A stretch of DNA of 64,000 bases from the IMG/VR virus record IMGVR_UViG_3300025132_008118; one strand, written 5' to 3'. Shown one piece after another: positions 46,701 through 56,348 of the stretch (positions within the stretch are counted from its first letter, which is position 1; each line of letters starts with the position of its first letter). Below the pieces are notes generated by a model, which was given only the letters and a program-made list of their open reading frames with translations, searched no databases and was not told where the DNA came from. The position numbers were made by a program, and so were the translations under genes. Source of the stretch: a virus.

Positions 46701-47085
46701 TTTTTCTGACAATAACGGGGTTTCCGCTATTGGTTATAATGTTAATGATGAAATGCATTTAGAAGATATAAGATATAATAGTGATATAATCGTAGATTCA
46801 GTCGATTTTACGCAGCGCATCACTTTTAATACCGCGGTGCTAACTGTAAATAATAATTTTTCTATAAAATCAAAATTTGAAAGATTCCCGGTGACGAAGA
46901 GCGGTGATTCTGGTACTGCAGTATTCGGTTTATTAAGTTCCACAATACCAAGTTTGAGTACATGGAAATGCCTTGGTTTGGTATATGCCGGGCCGACACC
47001 CGCGAACAATGCGCCGGGTCTTTGCTGTTCTATAGAAAACATATCAAATGAACTAGATATTGAGTCATGGCAAGGAGGCATTTAA
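43783..47085 (+). CDS. Trypsin-like serine protease with a very large internal insertion, probably a virion protein
   Basis: ATLG, LSNSHV (His), ADAAIV (Asp), FRSGRT, KSGDSG (Ser), CLGLVYAG. Confidence 0.7.
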   Translation: MNIEELREKLSKVDLLSAYPFVNGYGISAKTNKETNNDELVVQFNVSKKLDSSLISQDYFLPSTLSAHGIDIKTKVTGQSKPSTKFEFDYLPTEEIDYIKKISKDDIDTLIEVNEIEHELMCDMGQDFYDASKLYKATLVSYFNDQSTINENHKKSRPLSGGSSSIWYDGGGDATLGILARDKQDKSIVALSNSHVYSDVLLLGEEAAKYGRNNNMLSLSARQPGRNNFGNLDKTVDHIGIPKRTSILSFDNSKNNFADAAIVELSSTVFDDSSNSVIYFEEKGPYEFATNQEIYSMVDPGAPNYQSPVFRSGRTLGPLGFPGNLHKKTILTTLNSYKHPINLTPFLSTSDSTNIFSQGLSSITVGDTTALGTRQNTGHIFYQSRDRTKVYITGRKQGYMYRADYPSGGGYDIFPNLALSAGDQLELAIEDNNKIKIFGTYDGMEGAFYVNDNDQVFFGGAKPHNHQYKYAGRYTFREIEDGYGYSGVGLSGNFVQPWTELVLNDSDITTPGIKKVYFSEKVSYILTNNNKLFVRGGNFLYRHPVGIEGDDANIIYYKHNNTGDYYANNPALSSIWLGHQTSYQLYNGGQATGYGSQGDFYPTFTQIPGEWLDFACEAKGLYNSTSLTLAISANNRLCAAYHTISLNEGPDYDITPVRPTGRIIQGSRVNLGGSYMIEGLINDLIENSYDAVFLSTTGVALTSTHVETLCSMASFNFTDNVIPIVIDGNEVFVKEILTKEKGIGSLPQYGDHYQRYFELPDYTSEPWARSIGSNFPVYGMPRRKDFSTGEGINLISVNNELINLQGRRAMFDRTGVFNSNNSAFLSAHGEPVIWNETCKKIAPITNNTGYRRNPVNPFFISGGDIFIYGEANYNFSDASVLWSEFWSKANIFGNDIQAPLSAVLVDNFPPPTATPGRSLANVQVTNNSSFNLEKYSFKNAFKYDNFPNFDFISGFFNATDNGYVDGICKSSIVFSDNNGVSAIGYNVNDEMHLEDIRYNSDIIVDSVDFTQRITFNTAVLTVNNNFSIKSKFERFPVTKSGDSGTAVFGLLSSTIPSLSTWKCLGLVYAGPTPANNAPGLCCSIENISNELDIESWQGGI

Positions 47086-49473
47086 ATGGGGACAAGAACT
47101 GACATAATTTCTTTAGATAATCAGACATCAAATGTCTATAGAGTTACTCTCTCTGGTAGAGAATATACTGCGGTAGGTGTTTCCAATGACCATGTTATAC
47201 AAAATGTAAGTACACCTGATACGAATTATAACCCAGGCGCACCAGACCCAGTATCAGAGCAAAGTTATAGTATTATACCGTTATCAGCTTCTGTAGATGA
47301 AGGTACATCTTTATCTGTTAGTATATCAACAACTAATGTTTTTAACGGCGCTGTATTATATTGGACCGTAACAAATGGTGGGGATTTTGTTATAAATACA
47401 GACCAAGTAACTATTACCAATAATTCAGGTCAATTTAATGTTACACCTATAGCTGACTTAACAACTGAAGGTCCTGAAACTTTTTATATAAATTTAAGGA
47501 CGGGTAGTAATAGTGGTCCTATTGTCGCTGTATCTAATGCATTAACAATTAATGATACAAGTATCACACCAGATCCACCTATACCTACATATGCAATAGC
47601 TGCAGATGAAGATAATGTTGATGAAGGCTCCGCATTAAATGTAACAGTTACAACTGAAAATGTTGCAAATAGTACAACTTTATATTGGGATACTGCATTA
47701 CTTGGACAAACCTCATCAACAGCGGATATTGTTCCTGCTGAGGGGGAAGTAATTATTAATAGTAATTCAGGTAGTATTATTGTAACGCCGGATGCGGATT
47801 CTTTAACTGAAGGCCTAGAATCATTTTTTGTATTATTAAAAACAGGTAGTAGTTCTGGACCGATAGTCGCTTCAACAGGCCTTATAACAATTAATGATAC
47901 CAGTACTGATGAGCCGACACCACCACCAGGAGAGCCAGAACCAGAAAGCCCTACACCTAGTCCCCCACCGGTAGCATCAGCCCTCGTCTCATCAGATGGT
48001 GATACAAATCAAACCAGTAATAATATAATTAATATATTTGCAAATTTTGATACCACAGCAGTAACAGACCCTGAAAGAGAATATTATAACTTGCCAAGAA
48101 ATGAATTACCTGTATTAAACCAGGTTACTGCTAGTACAAGAGTAGTAATAACTGAAAATGCTCCAATAGATAAGTTAGTATTTAGTACCACTGGTATTGA
48201 CGGCTACGGGTATAACGATACTACTTTTAATTTCGATACTAATTATTTTCAGAATCAAATTATATATTTTACCGTTAGAGTTAAAACGGTGAACAATTAC
48301 CCAGCCAAATATTTAAATAATTTAAATATTGGTAATGGTTCTACTAATGATACTATAACAATTGATTTAAAAGATGAAAATAATAACTCTTTAGCTGCTT
48401 CTATATCTAGTGATTTTGGTGTATTATCAGCAGATGTTGTTGGAGGATTTTTTAAAGGAGCTTTTCAGTATAATGGTTCTGCTAATAATGTAAAATTAAA
48501 AGCTAAAGCAACGTCAAATAATGTGCCGGTATTTGGTGAAAGTAATACTTTTAATATAGTGCCTGTTAGTGGTAGTAAGGAATTTCGTAAGATAAATGAA
48601 AATAACAATCAAAAAGATAATTTTATAAGTTATTTATACCAACCTAATTTAAGAGATAATCCTAGATTTTTTACAGATATAATAGGTCAAATAGTTGGCG
48701 ATGCAAATGACCCTAGTACCCTTGGGGTAAAGGTTTATGAGAAAATATCTAACTTTTTGCTGAATTCAAATGATATAGAATATGCAAATATAGATAATTT
48801 AATTAGTAACCTAAAACTAATTGATAGCAATGTTAATAAATTCTCAGAAAGCTACCCAGCAAGTCTAAAACGTATTGTCGATTTTTTCAGCGTTAACCGT
48901 TCAAAGATAATACCTATAAAAAATAAATTCAACCAAGACTTTAATAGTAAAGGTAGATCTGATAGCGGTCTAGGTAAAAATTTAGGTAGTGAAATAAAAT
49001 TATCAGATACCCTATCTGGCGGGGATAATTTTAAACCCATAGTAGCCTATGAAAAATTCAGTCAAAGATATTATATGCTTAATACTGACCCTACAAGTGG
49101 TTTTGATTTTAGATATTTAGGAAGTAATAAAACCTATCAAATATCATCGTATAATACAAACTGGGGTTGGGGGTTAGTTTTACCTGATGGAGTTGGAGAT
49201 TTTACATATATGCTTGATATTAGTGGTAATAATCTCGTTTTAGAAAACGGTTTTAGAATTTTAAATGAAGATAGAGGTTTAGATACTAATCAAATATCAA
49301 AATATTATACTTTTTTTGAATATATTTCAACGTCTAATAACAGTAATATATTTGCATTTTATGATGATGCTAATATAAATTCAAATAGTGACCTATCATC
49401 TTTAAGTGCAATTAATAATAGTATTGATGAAATTATATTAAAAGATATCTATTCAGGTACGAAATTAATTTAA
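47086..49473 (+). CDS. Large virion protein with two Calx-beta/Ig-like repeats and a Pro-rich linker
   Basis: Repeats VDEG...LYW...TP.AD..TEG.E.F...TGS.SGPIVA...TINDTS, 108 aa apart. Confidence 0.6.
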   Translation: MGTRTDIISLDNQTSNVYRVTLSGREYTAVGVSNDHVIQNVSTPDTNYNPGAPDPVSEQSYSIIPLSASVDEGTSLSVSISTTNVFNGAVLYWTVTNGGDFVINTDQVTITNNSGQFNVTPIADLTTEGPETFYINLRTGSNSGPIVAVSNALTINDTSITPDPPIPTYAIAADEDNVDEGSALNVTVTTENVANSTTLYWDTALLGQTSSTADIVPAEGEVIINSNSGSIIVTPDADSLTEGLESFFVLLKTGSSSGPIVASTGLITINDTSTDEPTPPPGEPEPESPTPSPPPVASALVSSDGDTNQTSNNIINIFANFDTTAVTDPEREYYNLPRNELPVLNQVTASTRVVITENAPIDKLVFSTTGIDGYGYNDTTFNFDTNYFQNQIIYFTVRVKTVNNYPAKYLNNLNIGNGSTNDTITIDLKDENNNSLAASISSDFGVLSADVVGGFFKGAFQYNGSANNVKLKAKATSNNVPVFGESNTFNIVPVSGSKEFRKINENNNQKDNFISYLYQPNLRDNPRFFTDIIGQIVGDANDPSTLGVKVYEKISNFLLNSNDIEYANIDNLISNLKLIDSNVNKFSESYPASLKRIVDFFSVNRSKIIPIKNKFNQDFNSKGRSDSGLGKNLGSEIKLSDTLSGGDNFKPIVAYEKFSQRYYMLNTDPTSGFDFRYLGSNKTYQISSYNTNWGWGLVLPDGVGDFTYMLDISGNNLVLENGFRILNEDRGLDTNQISKYYTFFEYISTSNNSNIFAFYDDANINSNSDLSSLSAINNSIDEIILKDIYSGTKLI

Positions 49474-49546
49474 TTGAATTTTAATACTTTAGTTTTAAAT
49501 AGATATACGAAAATTGATATATAATTTTCATTATAAATATTAATAG

Positions 49547-52500
49547 ATGTCTTTATCTCCAACATATCAAAATTTAAGTGCTTTATCACCTCTTTATTTT
49601 AAAGATTCTGATGAAAAACTAGAATTTATTAATCAAGATAAATTTACATTGCAAGGTTTAAATTTAGTTACATATAATATTAATCAAAGTGCTAATGATA
49701 GTTTTATAAAAAATTACTCAGTAAACAATCTTATTAAAGATAAATCTTCTAGTGAAATTTTTAATTTAACTAGAAAAATAGATACACAAGATTTAAATAC
49801 AAAATTACATTTTAAATCTACCCAAAATTTATTAAGTGCGACATTTTTCTTACAGGTTCTTACTACAGAAGATGATAAAGAAACAGTAGCAACGTTTAAT
49901 ATTGATTTAGAAAATCTTAACGGTTCAAAATTTTTAGTAGATTTTGTAAATAAAGATTTTTGTACAGTATCTTTTTTCGACGGTAAAATTCCTAAATTTT
50001 TATATGATGCTAGCCGGGATGCATTAATTTTTAAATTTTTAAGTACTGAAAAAATACCATTAACATCGTTTTATTATTTTAATTATTTTTATGATAGTGA
50101 AAATAAAAAATTAAGATTATATAAAGATAATAACATAGTAACAACTGTAACAACAGTTTTAACTACTAATGCAAAAGCATTATCCACAGGGTCTGATGGT
50201 TATCAGTTTTTTGTTAATACATTATTATCAGCAGAAATAGATTCTATAGGATTATTACCATCAAATGAGGAAAGATTATCAAACGGTACTATAAGTGTAG
50301 GTAATGAAATTAAATTATTGAATAATGATAATATTGATCAATTTACATATTATGATTTTCAAGATAACTATAGATTATCGAACGATACAATTAGCGGAGT
50401 TAAATATGATTTTTTAACTTATTACACTTATTCAAATGTAATAACAGGTGATAAAAATTATGCTAATTTAAAGTTTTTTAACTTAAAAAATCATATATCT
50501 AACGATAATATCGCTTATGGCGGACCATTAGAAAATAGAGATGACAATTTAGAATATAGGGGTAGAGAATATCAAAATTTTACTAATCAAAAAAGTAAAG
50601 AAAAAGATTTTGATAATATATCTTTAAATTATACTTTTTTCGATAAAGAATATAAAATAGGGTCTAAAGACTACACAGCGTTTACATTACCAGGTGATCT
50701 ATTTCCTTTCCGAAAAATTAATATTAATGATACCGGACTTGCTACTAATGGATCATTTGCAGCAACAAGTCCGTATTTCAGCGATAAAGTATTCAAGCTA
50801 ACCGATACAAATAAAAATAAATTACAAAATAGTTTTATAGAAGATCAGGAATTTTTAGTATTGCAAAATGATGTAAGTTTATTTGTGTTGCAAAGTGGAG
50901 ATCTGTTAGGTTTTCAAAGTATAAATGATACACAGTCAAATGATATTTTCGGTGATTATTTATGTACATGGTTAAAAGGAGATGGAATAACTAAAGGTGT
51001 ATGGTTTGATAGATATTATCTACCTAAAGAAAATTCATATACAGTATCATTCTCCGGTAATTCAAATATTTTTAATAATACAACCCAAGCTGCTGAATTT
51101 TTTAAAAATAATGAAACCGATTTAGTTTATTATGACTTAAAGAGTAATATGACATTCGAACCAAGTGCATCATACGGTTATCAGCGAATTAATAATAAAC
51201 AAATTAATACTTATATCGATGGTCAAAAAGATAAGTTAATAAAAGATTCATTTAATATTCAAACATCAGCTGTACAGATGCAAGATATTAATGAAGTTAA
51301 TCTTAATGACACGAAAGGTTATGATAATTTAGATATACAAGCAATACCTAATAGAGACTTTAATATAGGTTTCGAATTAGAATTAGATTCTCTCTCATCT
51401 TTAGATTCATTTCAGCTAGCTGGTAATTTATATGAAGATGGTTTTGCTTTGAAAAATAACTTTTTCTTTACACCGTTTATATTTATACCACAAGGTAATG
51501 TGGTTCATATATATGATAATAATTTAAAGTTATTGAGATCAAATACATATAAAGATACAGAAAATATTTTAGATGTGCTTTATATAGAACAAAATAATAA
51601 TATAGTTCTAATTTGCGATAATAGGGTAATAAAAACTAATTATTTCGGTGAGATACTAAATGAAAGATTTCCGGATGACGGGTTTGCTAATAGTGCCCTT
51701 TTGTTGGAAATTATTAAATCATATAAAAGTAAAACATACTATGGTTATAATAATGTATTTTTTGTCAGTAACCAATATATAACTAATGATTTTCTTATAA
51801 ATTTCGATTTAAACAATCTTATACCCCTTCGGAGCTCGATTCTACAACAACAATATTTATCTGACCCGTTATCAGCTTCGTATGATAGTTTAGTACCAAC
51901 AGCGACTGGTAGTTATAGATTTCTTAATGGGGTTGAACCGAATAAATTAAACAATAATGTTGCATGTTCATTAGATAATGTTAACAGATTTATATCTAAG
52001 CAATTAATACCAGGTGAAGCCTTTTTAACAACATCATTATCATCCGAACTAAGTGGTGGTATAATACAAGGTCAGTCTTATGATGAAAATTATTATACCG
52101 TTATTCAAACTGCAACCGGTGAACCAACTTTTAATAGTTCATTTTTAACTTATTTTGACTTTATACAAGATGGGAGAGCTAGAATTGTTTTTGATAATTT
52201 AAACGTAGTTCAAAACGAAGACCCAATTTTAGATAGTATAAACGCTCAAATTTACGATATTAATTCGGTTAATGAAAGATTATTTGTACAATATGTAAAC
52301 TTAACAGCTGGTAAAGGGTTTGTGCAAGAGTTTACCCCAGAAAGATTTAAACTTTCAGCGTATGAACTAAGTGAAACGGTAAATACTGGTTATAAGATAG
52401 ATTTTCTTGAGGAAAATAAAGAATTAAAGATAATGTCATTTGCAAGAGACTTATCATCAAATATAGTTGTAGATAAGATAAACGCGACTACCGGTCAACT

Positions 52501-53524
52501 TGAAGAAACGTATAGTTTATTATTAACTGGTCTCGATACTACCAGACGTACTATTTATGCTGCTAATCAAGAAATACCTGTATCGACATTCGGGACTAAT
52601 TCATTAACTGCTCTTTACCCGAAAGGTTTGTACAAATACAGAAGAATAGAAAATAATGCATATGAAGATATTATAGCATTCAATTCTGGACTATCTACTA
52701 AATTTGTAGAATTATCAGTTAACAGACCTCATTTTACCCCAATAAATTATCACGCAATCGATCAAAAGTATAGCTCCTATAGAGATCAGTTAGTATTTAA
52801 ATTTAATCTTAACTCCTTAATTGATGTCGAAACTATAACTGAAAAATGGAACAATGCAGGGCCGCCTTTAACAGCTACAGGTTATTCTGCATTTACTTGG
52901 TCTAACCCAGTTTCATCATTAAGTGCGTGGGATGGAGAGTTTATAATAACAAGCTCAGAAGATTTAGCTAATGTCGAAATAATATTTGTTGTACCAAACG
53001 TTTCAATTAAAAATTATTTTAATATCGATTTAGACTTAAATTTAGGTAAAATAAAATTATACAATAATGGTCTATTTTTTGGAGATATATCTTTTAATCC
53101 GAACCTAATACCAATTGAAAGAATTATCTATCCAGAATTATTTATAAATACACAAAATATTCGAAATATACCTATTGATGAAATAATAAAAGATATTTCA
53201 TATAATAGTTCGGGGGGAACTTTAAAGAACATAAAAGTGCATAACACATCATTTGATCAAAGTTTGATAAATTATTTAGAGTTACAGACTAAACAAATAG
53301 ATCCTTTATATTTTAGAGTACCATGTGGAACTAGAAATAATAATGAAGAAATTGATACGTTATTTACATACAAAATTCCTGGTAATATTAGCAATCATAT
53401 AAAAGTGAACATTAAAGATGTTGATATAAATAATGATATAAAACAAAAGTTAATTGATTATTTACAGCGTTCTGTAGAAGTTATTACACCATCTCAACAA
53501 AAATTAATTTATAACATCGATTAA
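49547..53524 (+). CDS. Large virion structural protein (1325 aa)
   Basis: TATAAATA at 49532-49539; N/D/F/Y-rich, in the structural block. Confidence 0.5.
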   Translation: MSLSPTYQNLSALSPLYFKDSDEKLEFINQDKFTLQGLNLVTYNINQSANDSFIKNYSVNNLIKDKSSSEIFNLTRKIDTQDLNTKLHFKSTQNLLSATFFLQVLTTEDDKETVATFNIDLENLNGSKFLVDFVNKDFCTVSFFDGKIPKFLYDASRDALIFKFLSTEKIPLTSFYYFNYFYDSENKKLRLYKDNNIVTTVTTVLTTNAKALSTGSDGYQFFVNTLLSAEIDSIGLLPSNEERLSNGTISVGNEIKLLNNDNIDQFTYYDFQDNYRLSNDTISGVKYDFLTYYTYSNVITGDKNYANLKFFNLKNHISNDNIAYGGPLENRDDNLEYRGREYQNFTNQKSKEKDFDNISLNYTFFDKEYKIGSKDYTAFTLPGDLFPFRKININDTGLATNGSFAATSPYFSDKVFKLTDTNKNKLQNSFIEDQEFLVLQNDVSLFVLQSGDLLGFQSINDTQSNDIFGDYLCTWLKGDGITKGVWFDRYYLPKENSYTVSFSGNSNIFNNTTQAAEFFKNNETDLVYYDLKSNMTFEPSASYGYQRINNKQINTYIDGQKDKLIKDSFNIQTSAVQMQDINEVNLNDTKGYDNLDIQAIPNRDFNIGFELELDSLSSLDSFQLAGNLYEDGFALKNNFFFTPFIFIPQGNVVHIYDNNLKLLRSNTYKDTENILDVLYIEQNNNIVLICDNRVIKTNYFGEILNERFPDDGFANSALLLEIIKSYKSKTYYGYNNVFFVSNQYITNDFLINFDLNNLIPLRSSILQQQYLSDPLSASYDSLVPTATGSYRFLNGVEPNKLNNNVACSLDNVNRFISKQLIPGEAFLTTSLSSELSGGIIQGQSYDENYYTVIQTATGEPTFNSSFLTYFDFIQDGRARIVFDNLNVVQNEDPILDSINAQIYDINSVNERLFVQYVNLTAGKGFVQEFTPERFKLSAYELSETVNTGYKIDFLEENKELKIMSFARDLSSNIVVDKINATTGQLEETYSLLLTGLDTTRRTIYAANQEIPVSTFGTNSLTALYPKGLYKYRRIENNAYEDIIAFNSGLSTKFVELSVNRPHFTPINYHAIDQKYSSYRDQLVFKFNLNSLIDVETITEKWNNAGPPLTATGYSAFTWSNPVSSLSAWDGEFIITSSEDLANVEIIFVVPNVSIKNYFNIDLDLNLGKIKLYNNGLFFGDISFNPNLIPIERIIYPELFINTQNIRNIPIDEIIKDISYNSSGGTLKNIKVHNTSFDQSLINYLELQTKQIDPLYFRVPCGTRNNNEEIDTLFTYKIPGNISNHIKVNIKDVDINNDIKQKLIDYLQRSVEVITPSQQKLIYNID

Positions 53525-53530
53525 AAACAT

Positions 53531-55501
53531 ATGTCAGCAAATAATATAACAACAGATTTTTATGTCGGTCAAGATTTAGAAAACAACTCTAGTGATGAAT
53601 ATAAATCAATAACAACTGCAAAAAAAGTAGCATTTACAAAAGGAAATGAATTTACTTTCGATGGGGTCGATTATATCGGTTATTATAACTATGATGGTAC
53701 TAATTTTTACAAAACTAAAACCTTAAAAGATGATAAACTAGTAGTTGTCGAAAATGTAAATACAGATATTATTGATTCAAAAAAATTCTTTGATAGAACT
53801 ATTTTTACTGAATTAAACCCCTCATATGTGTTAGATGATATTTTATTCAAACCTAATGAAATAATAAATAAAAATTCAATAAATTTTAAACTTAATTTAT
53901 TATATGATAACTTTATTGATTTGTATAGATTTTCAAATATTAATAACCCTTTAATACCGACAGATTTTAATGCATATGCAGTATTATCAACCACATCAAC
54001 AAGTACTGAGTGGCAGTGGGTGTCATCCGACGTTAGATTTATTTCCGGTGGTCTTGACCCAAGCTTAATTTCTTTTTCAGCTTATAATGAACAATTTTTT
54101 GAAGTTGATAAAATGAATACCATAGCTTTGAAAAGTACAAAGGAACCTGAAGAATATACCCTATTTGTAACTACTAGTTCTTACTTATTCGCATATCAAT
54201 TAGATCGAAATGATACAATGTTTGATCTTGTATTAAGTGCTGATTCAATTGGTATCGATGGTATGCTTAAATTTGAAAATATTACTAGCATGGCAGCTGA
54301 TAAAGAAAACGATATTCTTTATTTAAATGACAGAGGCAAACAACAAATTTTTAAAGCTGAAACAAAAACAATTATTAATAAAGACCGTACCGGTGTTAGA
54401 CAGTTTAAATTATTAGAAACTATAGGGGGTAAAGGAAAAGATAATACTAATTTTAATGATAATACATATATAGAATATGGTAACGGTAATATATTTGTAT
54501 TTGATGCTGTCGATAACAGTATAAAGAAGTTTAGTGATAGATTCGTTTTTAAACTCAGATATGCTAATGTAAATTTATTTACAGAAAATGAATTTATTAG
54601 TATGACGTATAATCATACATTCGATTTACTGTACATATTAACTAAAACTTATAAAGTTGTAGTATTAAATGCTAATAACTTTGAAGAAGTTGATAGGTAT
54701 ACATTAACCAGTAACCCGTTTGAATTTTCTATACCCCTTATAGGGGCTTTTGAACTGCCAAGTAAAATAGTTTTTTCTGAGAATGATAGTAATGTTTACT
54801 ATTTACAGACAACAAAAAACGTATATAAATATTTTGTAAATACTCAAACCAAAAATATTGAAAGATTTACTATTGATATTTCATTCGATTCTGTAAATAT
54901 GTGGAATACAATATTTGCTAGATTTTCTGCTTTTGATACCAAATGGGACGAACTACCAGATTTCGACAAATTTACATTAGCATCGACCGGATTAACAATA
55001 ATAGATAGTAATGTAGAAGATACAGATAAAATATTATTATGGTCAAATAAGAGAATATTTAGTTTTAATGACGATAATAATCACGTTTCTTTATTGAATA
55101 CAACAAGACCTAACTTTTATAAGAAAAGTGAAATATTTTTAAATGATGAATATTTTAATAATATAACGTTTAATTCTACTATATTCAGGCATTTATTTAA
55201 CTTAAATTTATTAAGTTCAAATTTAAACAAACAGATACTTGCTGTATTCGATACAATAGAAACTGATGGTTATTTAAGATTTAAGGACTTCTTAGAAATA
55301 TCATATGAAGATAAAGAAATATTAGATTTAAATAATCAAAAACAATACTTCGCCGGGGTTAATGAAACATTAAATGGTAATACATTAAATAGAATAATCA
55401 CTAACCTTTTCGAATATCAAAATAATATTATACAAGCAGTCAAAACTAAAAGAATTGGTGAAAGGATACCCATTTTAAAGACAGTACTATTAGATAAATA
55501 A
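53531..55501 (+). CDS. Virion protein with an NHL/beta-propeller-like region
   Basis: DILYLNDRG, GGKG..NTNFN, IFVFDAVDNSIKKF repeats. Confidence 0.5.
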   Translation: MSANNITTDFYVGQDLENNSSDEYKSITTAKKVAFTKGNEFTFDGVDYIGYYNYDGTNFYKTKTLKDDKLVVVENVNTDIIDSKKFFDRTIFTELNPSYVLDDILFKPNEIINKNSINFKLNLLYDNFIDLYRFSNINNPLIPTDFNAYAVLSTTSTSTEWQWVSSDVRFISGGLDPSLISFSAYNEQFFEVDKMNTIALKSTKEPEEYTLFVTTSSYLFAYQLDRNDTMFDLVLSADSIGIDGMLKFENITSMAADKENDILYLNDRGKQQIFKAETKTIINKDRTGVRQFKLLETIGGKGKDNTNFNDNTYIEYGNGNIFVFDAVDNSIKKFSDRFVFKLRYANVNLFTENEFISMTYNHTFDLLYILTKTYKVVVLNANNFEEVDRYTLTSNPFEFSIPLIGAFELPSKIVFSENDSNVYYLQTTKNVYKYFVNTQTKNIERFTIDISFDSVNMWNTIFARFSAFDTKWDELPDFDKFTLASTGLTIIDSNVEDTDKILLWSNKRIFSFNDDNNHVSLLNTTRPNFYKKSEIFLNDEYFNNITFNSTIFRHLFNLNLLSSNLNKQILAVFDTIETDGYLRFKDFLEISYEDKEILDLNNQKQYFAGVNETLNGNTLNRIITNLFEYQNNIIQAVKTKRIGERIPILKTVLLDK

Positions 55502-55505
55502 TTAT

Positions 55506-56348
55506 ATGTCAACTTCAGTAACAGGCTTAGCAGGTGAAATAGTAGCGTTCACATATCCATCACTTATAAAAGTGGCCGATAATGGTAACATGCCTCCGGT
55601 TGCTAGTGGTAATAGAAATGGGCTCGCAGTTTTTACTCACCCTAATAGATCTGCATCACCCACAGCTTTATCAAGATTATCAGACGGTAGCGGTATTGTA
55701 GGCTCATTAGCAATAGGACCACAAACCGCCGGAGCTAAAATATTTGGCCCATTACTAGTAGATGGCGGTACTGGTAGCGTCGAATCAAAAGTAGTAGAAA
55801 TTAAAAATGGAGGTCTTTGCCTTGAAAAACAAATTTGTGCAGCGGGTACAGGTACCCATACTATCAACGGTACCGCACAGCTAGGAACATTAAAAGTTAC
55901 TGATGGCTCGACTTTATGCGGTGCTATTTTAGGCTGTAATAATTTAGCAATATGCGGTACTTCTACTTTAAGCGGTTGCGTGACACTGCACGGGGGTCTC
56001 AATGTTGACAGTGGTAATCTTTTCGTTACCGGTACTATTGACGCGACTGATGATATTACAGCATTTAAAACATCAGATAAAAGACTTAAAAATAATATTA
56101 TCAAAATTGATGATTCAAATGATGTAATTAATAGTTTGAATGGCTATAAATATGAATGGGATGAAAAAGCTACACAAAACGGGGAAGATGTTGGTGTAAT
56201 AGCTCAAGAAGTTAAAGAATTTATACCTTCTGCAGTTAGAGAAAATGGAAAAGGTTATCTATCAGTAGATTATGTAAAACTTATACCATACTTAATTGAA
56301 GAGATAAAAAGCTTAAACAATAGAATTAAAATATTAGAGGAGAAATAA
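55506..56348 (+). CDS. Short tail fibre/spike with a C-terminal S74 intramolecular chaperone
   Basis: SDKRLKNNI, GYKYEW, VGVIAQEV, LSVDYVKLIPYLIEEIK. Confidence 0.82.
   Translation: MSTSVTGLAGEIVAFTYPSLIKVADNGNMPPVASGNRNGLAVFTHPNRSASPTALSRLSDGSGIVGSLAIGPQTAGAKIFGPLLVDGGTGSVESKVVEIKNGGLCLEKQICAAGTGTHTINGTAQLGTLKVTDGSTLCGAILGCNNLAICGTSTLSGCVTLHGGLNVDSGNLFVTGTIDATDDITAFKTSDKRLKNNIIKIDDSNDVINSLNGYKYEWDEKATQNGEDVGVIAQEVKEFIPSAVRENGKGYLSVDYVKLIPYLIEEIKSLNNRIKILEEK

Noticed and set aside
43783-47085. Intein as the explanation for the protease insertion
   Set aside because: No C/S...HN-C/S/T junctions or endonuclease motifs at the insert borders; the insert looks like beta-propeller repeats
49474-49546. 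Replication origin at the AT-rich gap with GAAAATT/AATTTTC inverted repeat
   Set aside because: The 7-bp AT-only stem is expected by chance at this composition; no iterons; the gap is partly explained by the late promoter
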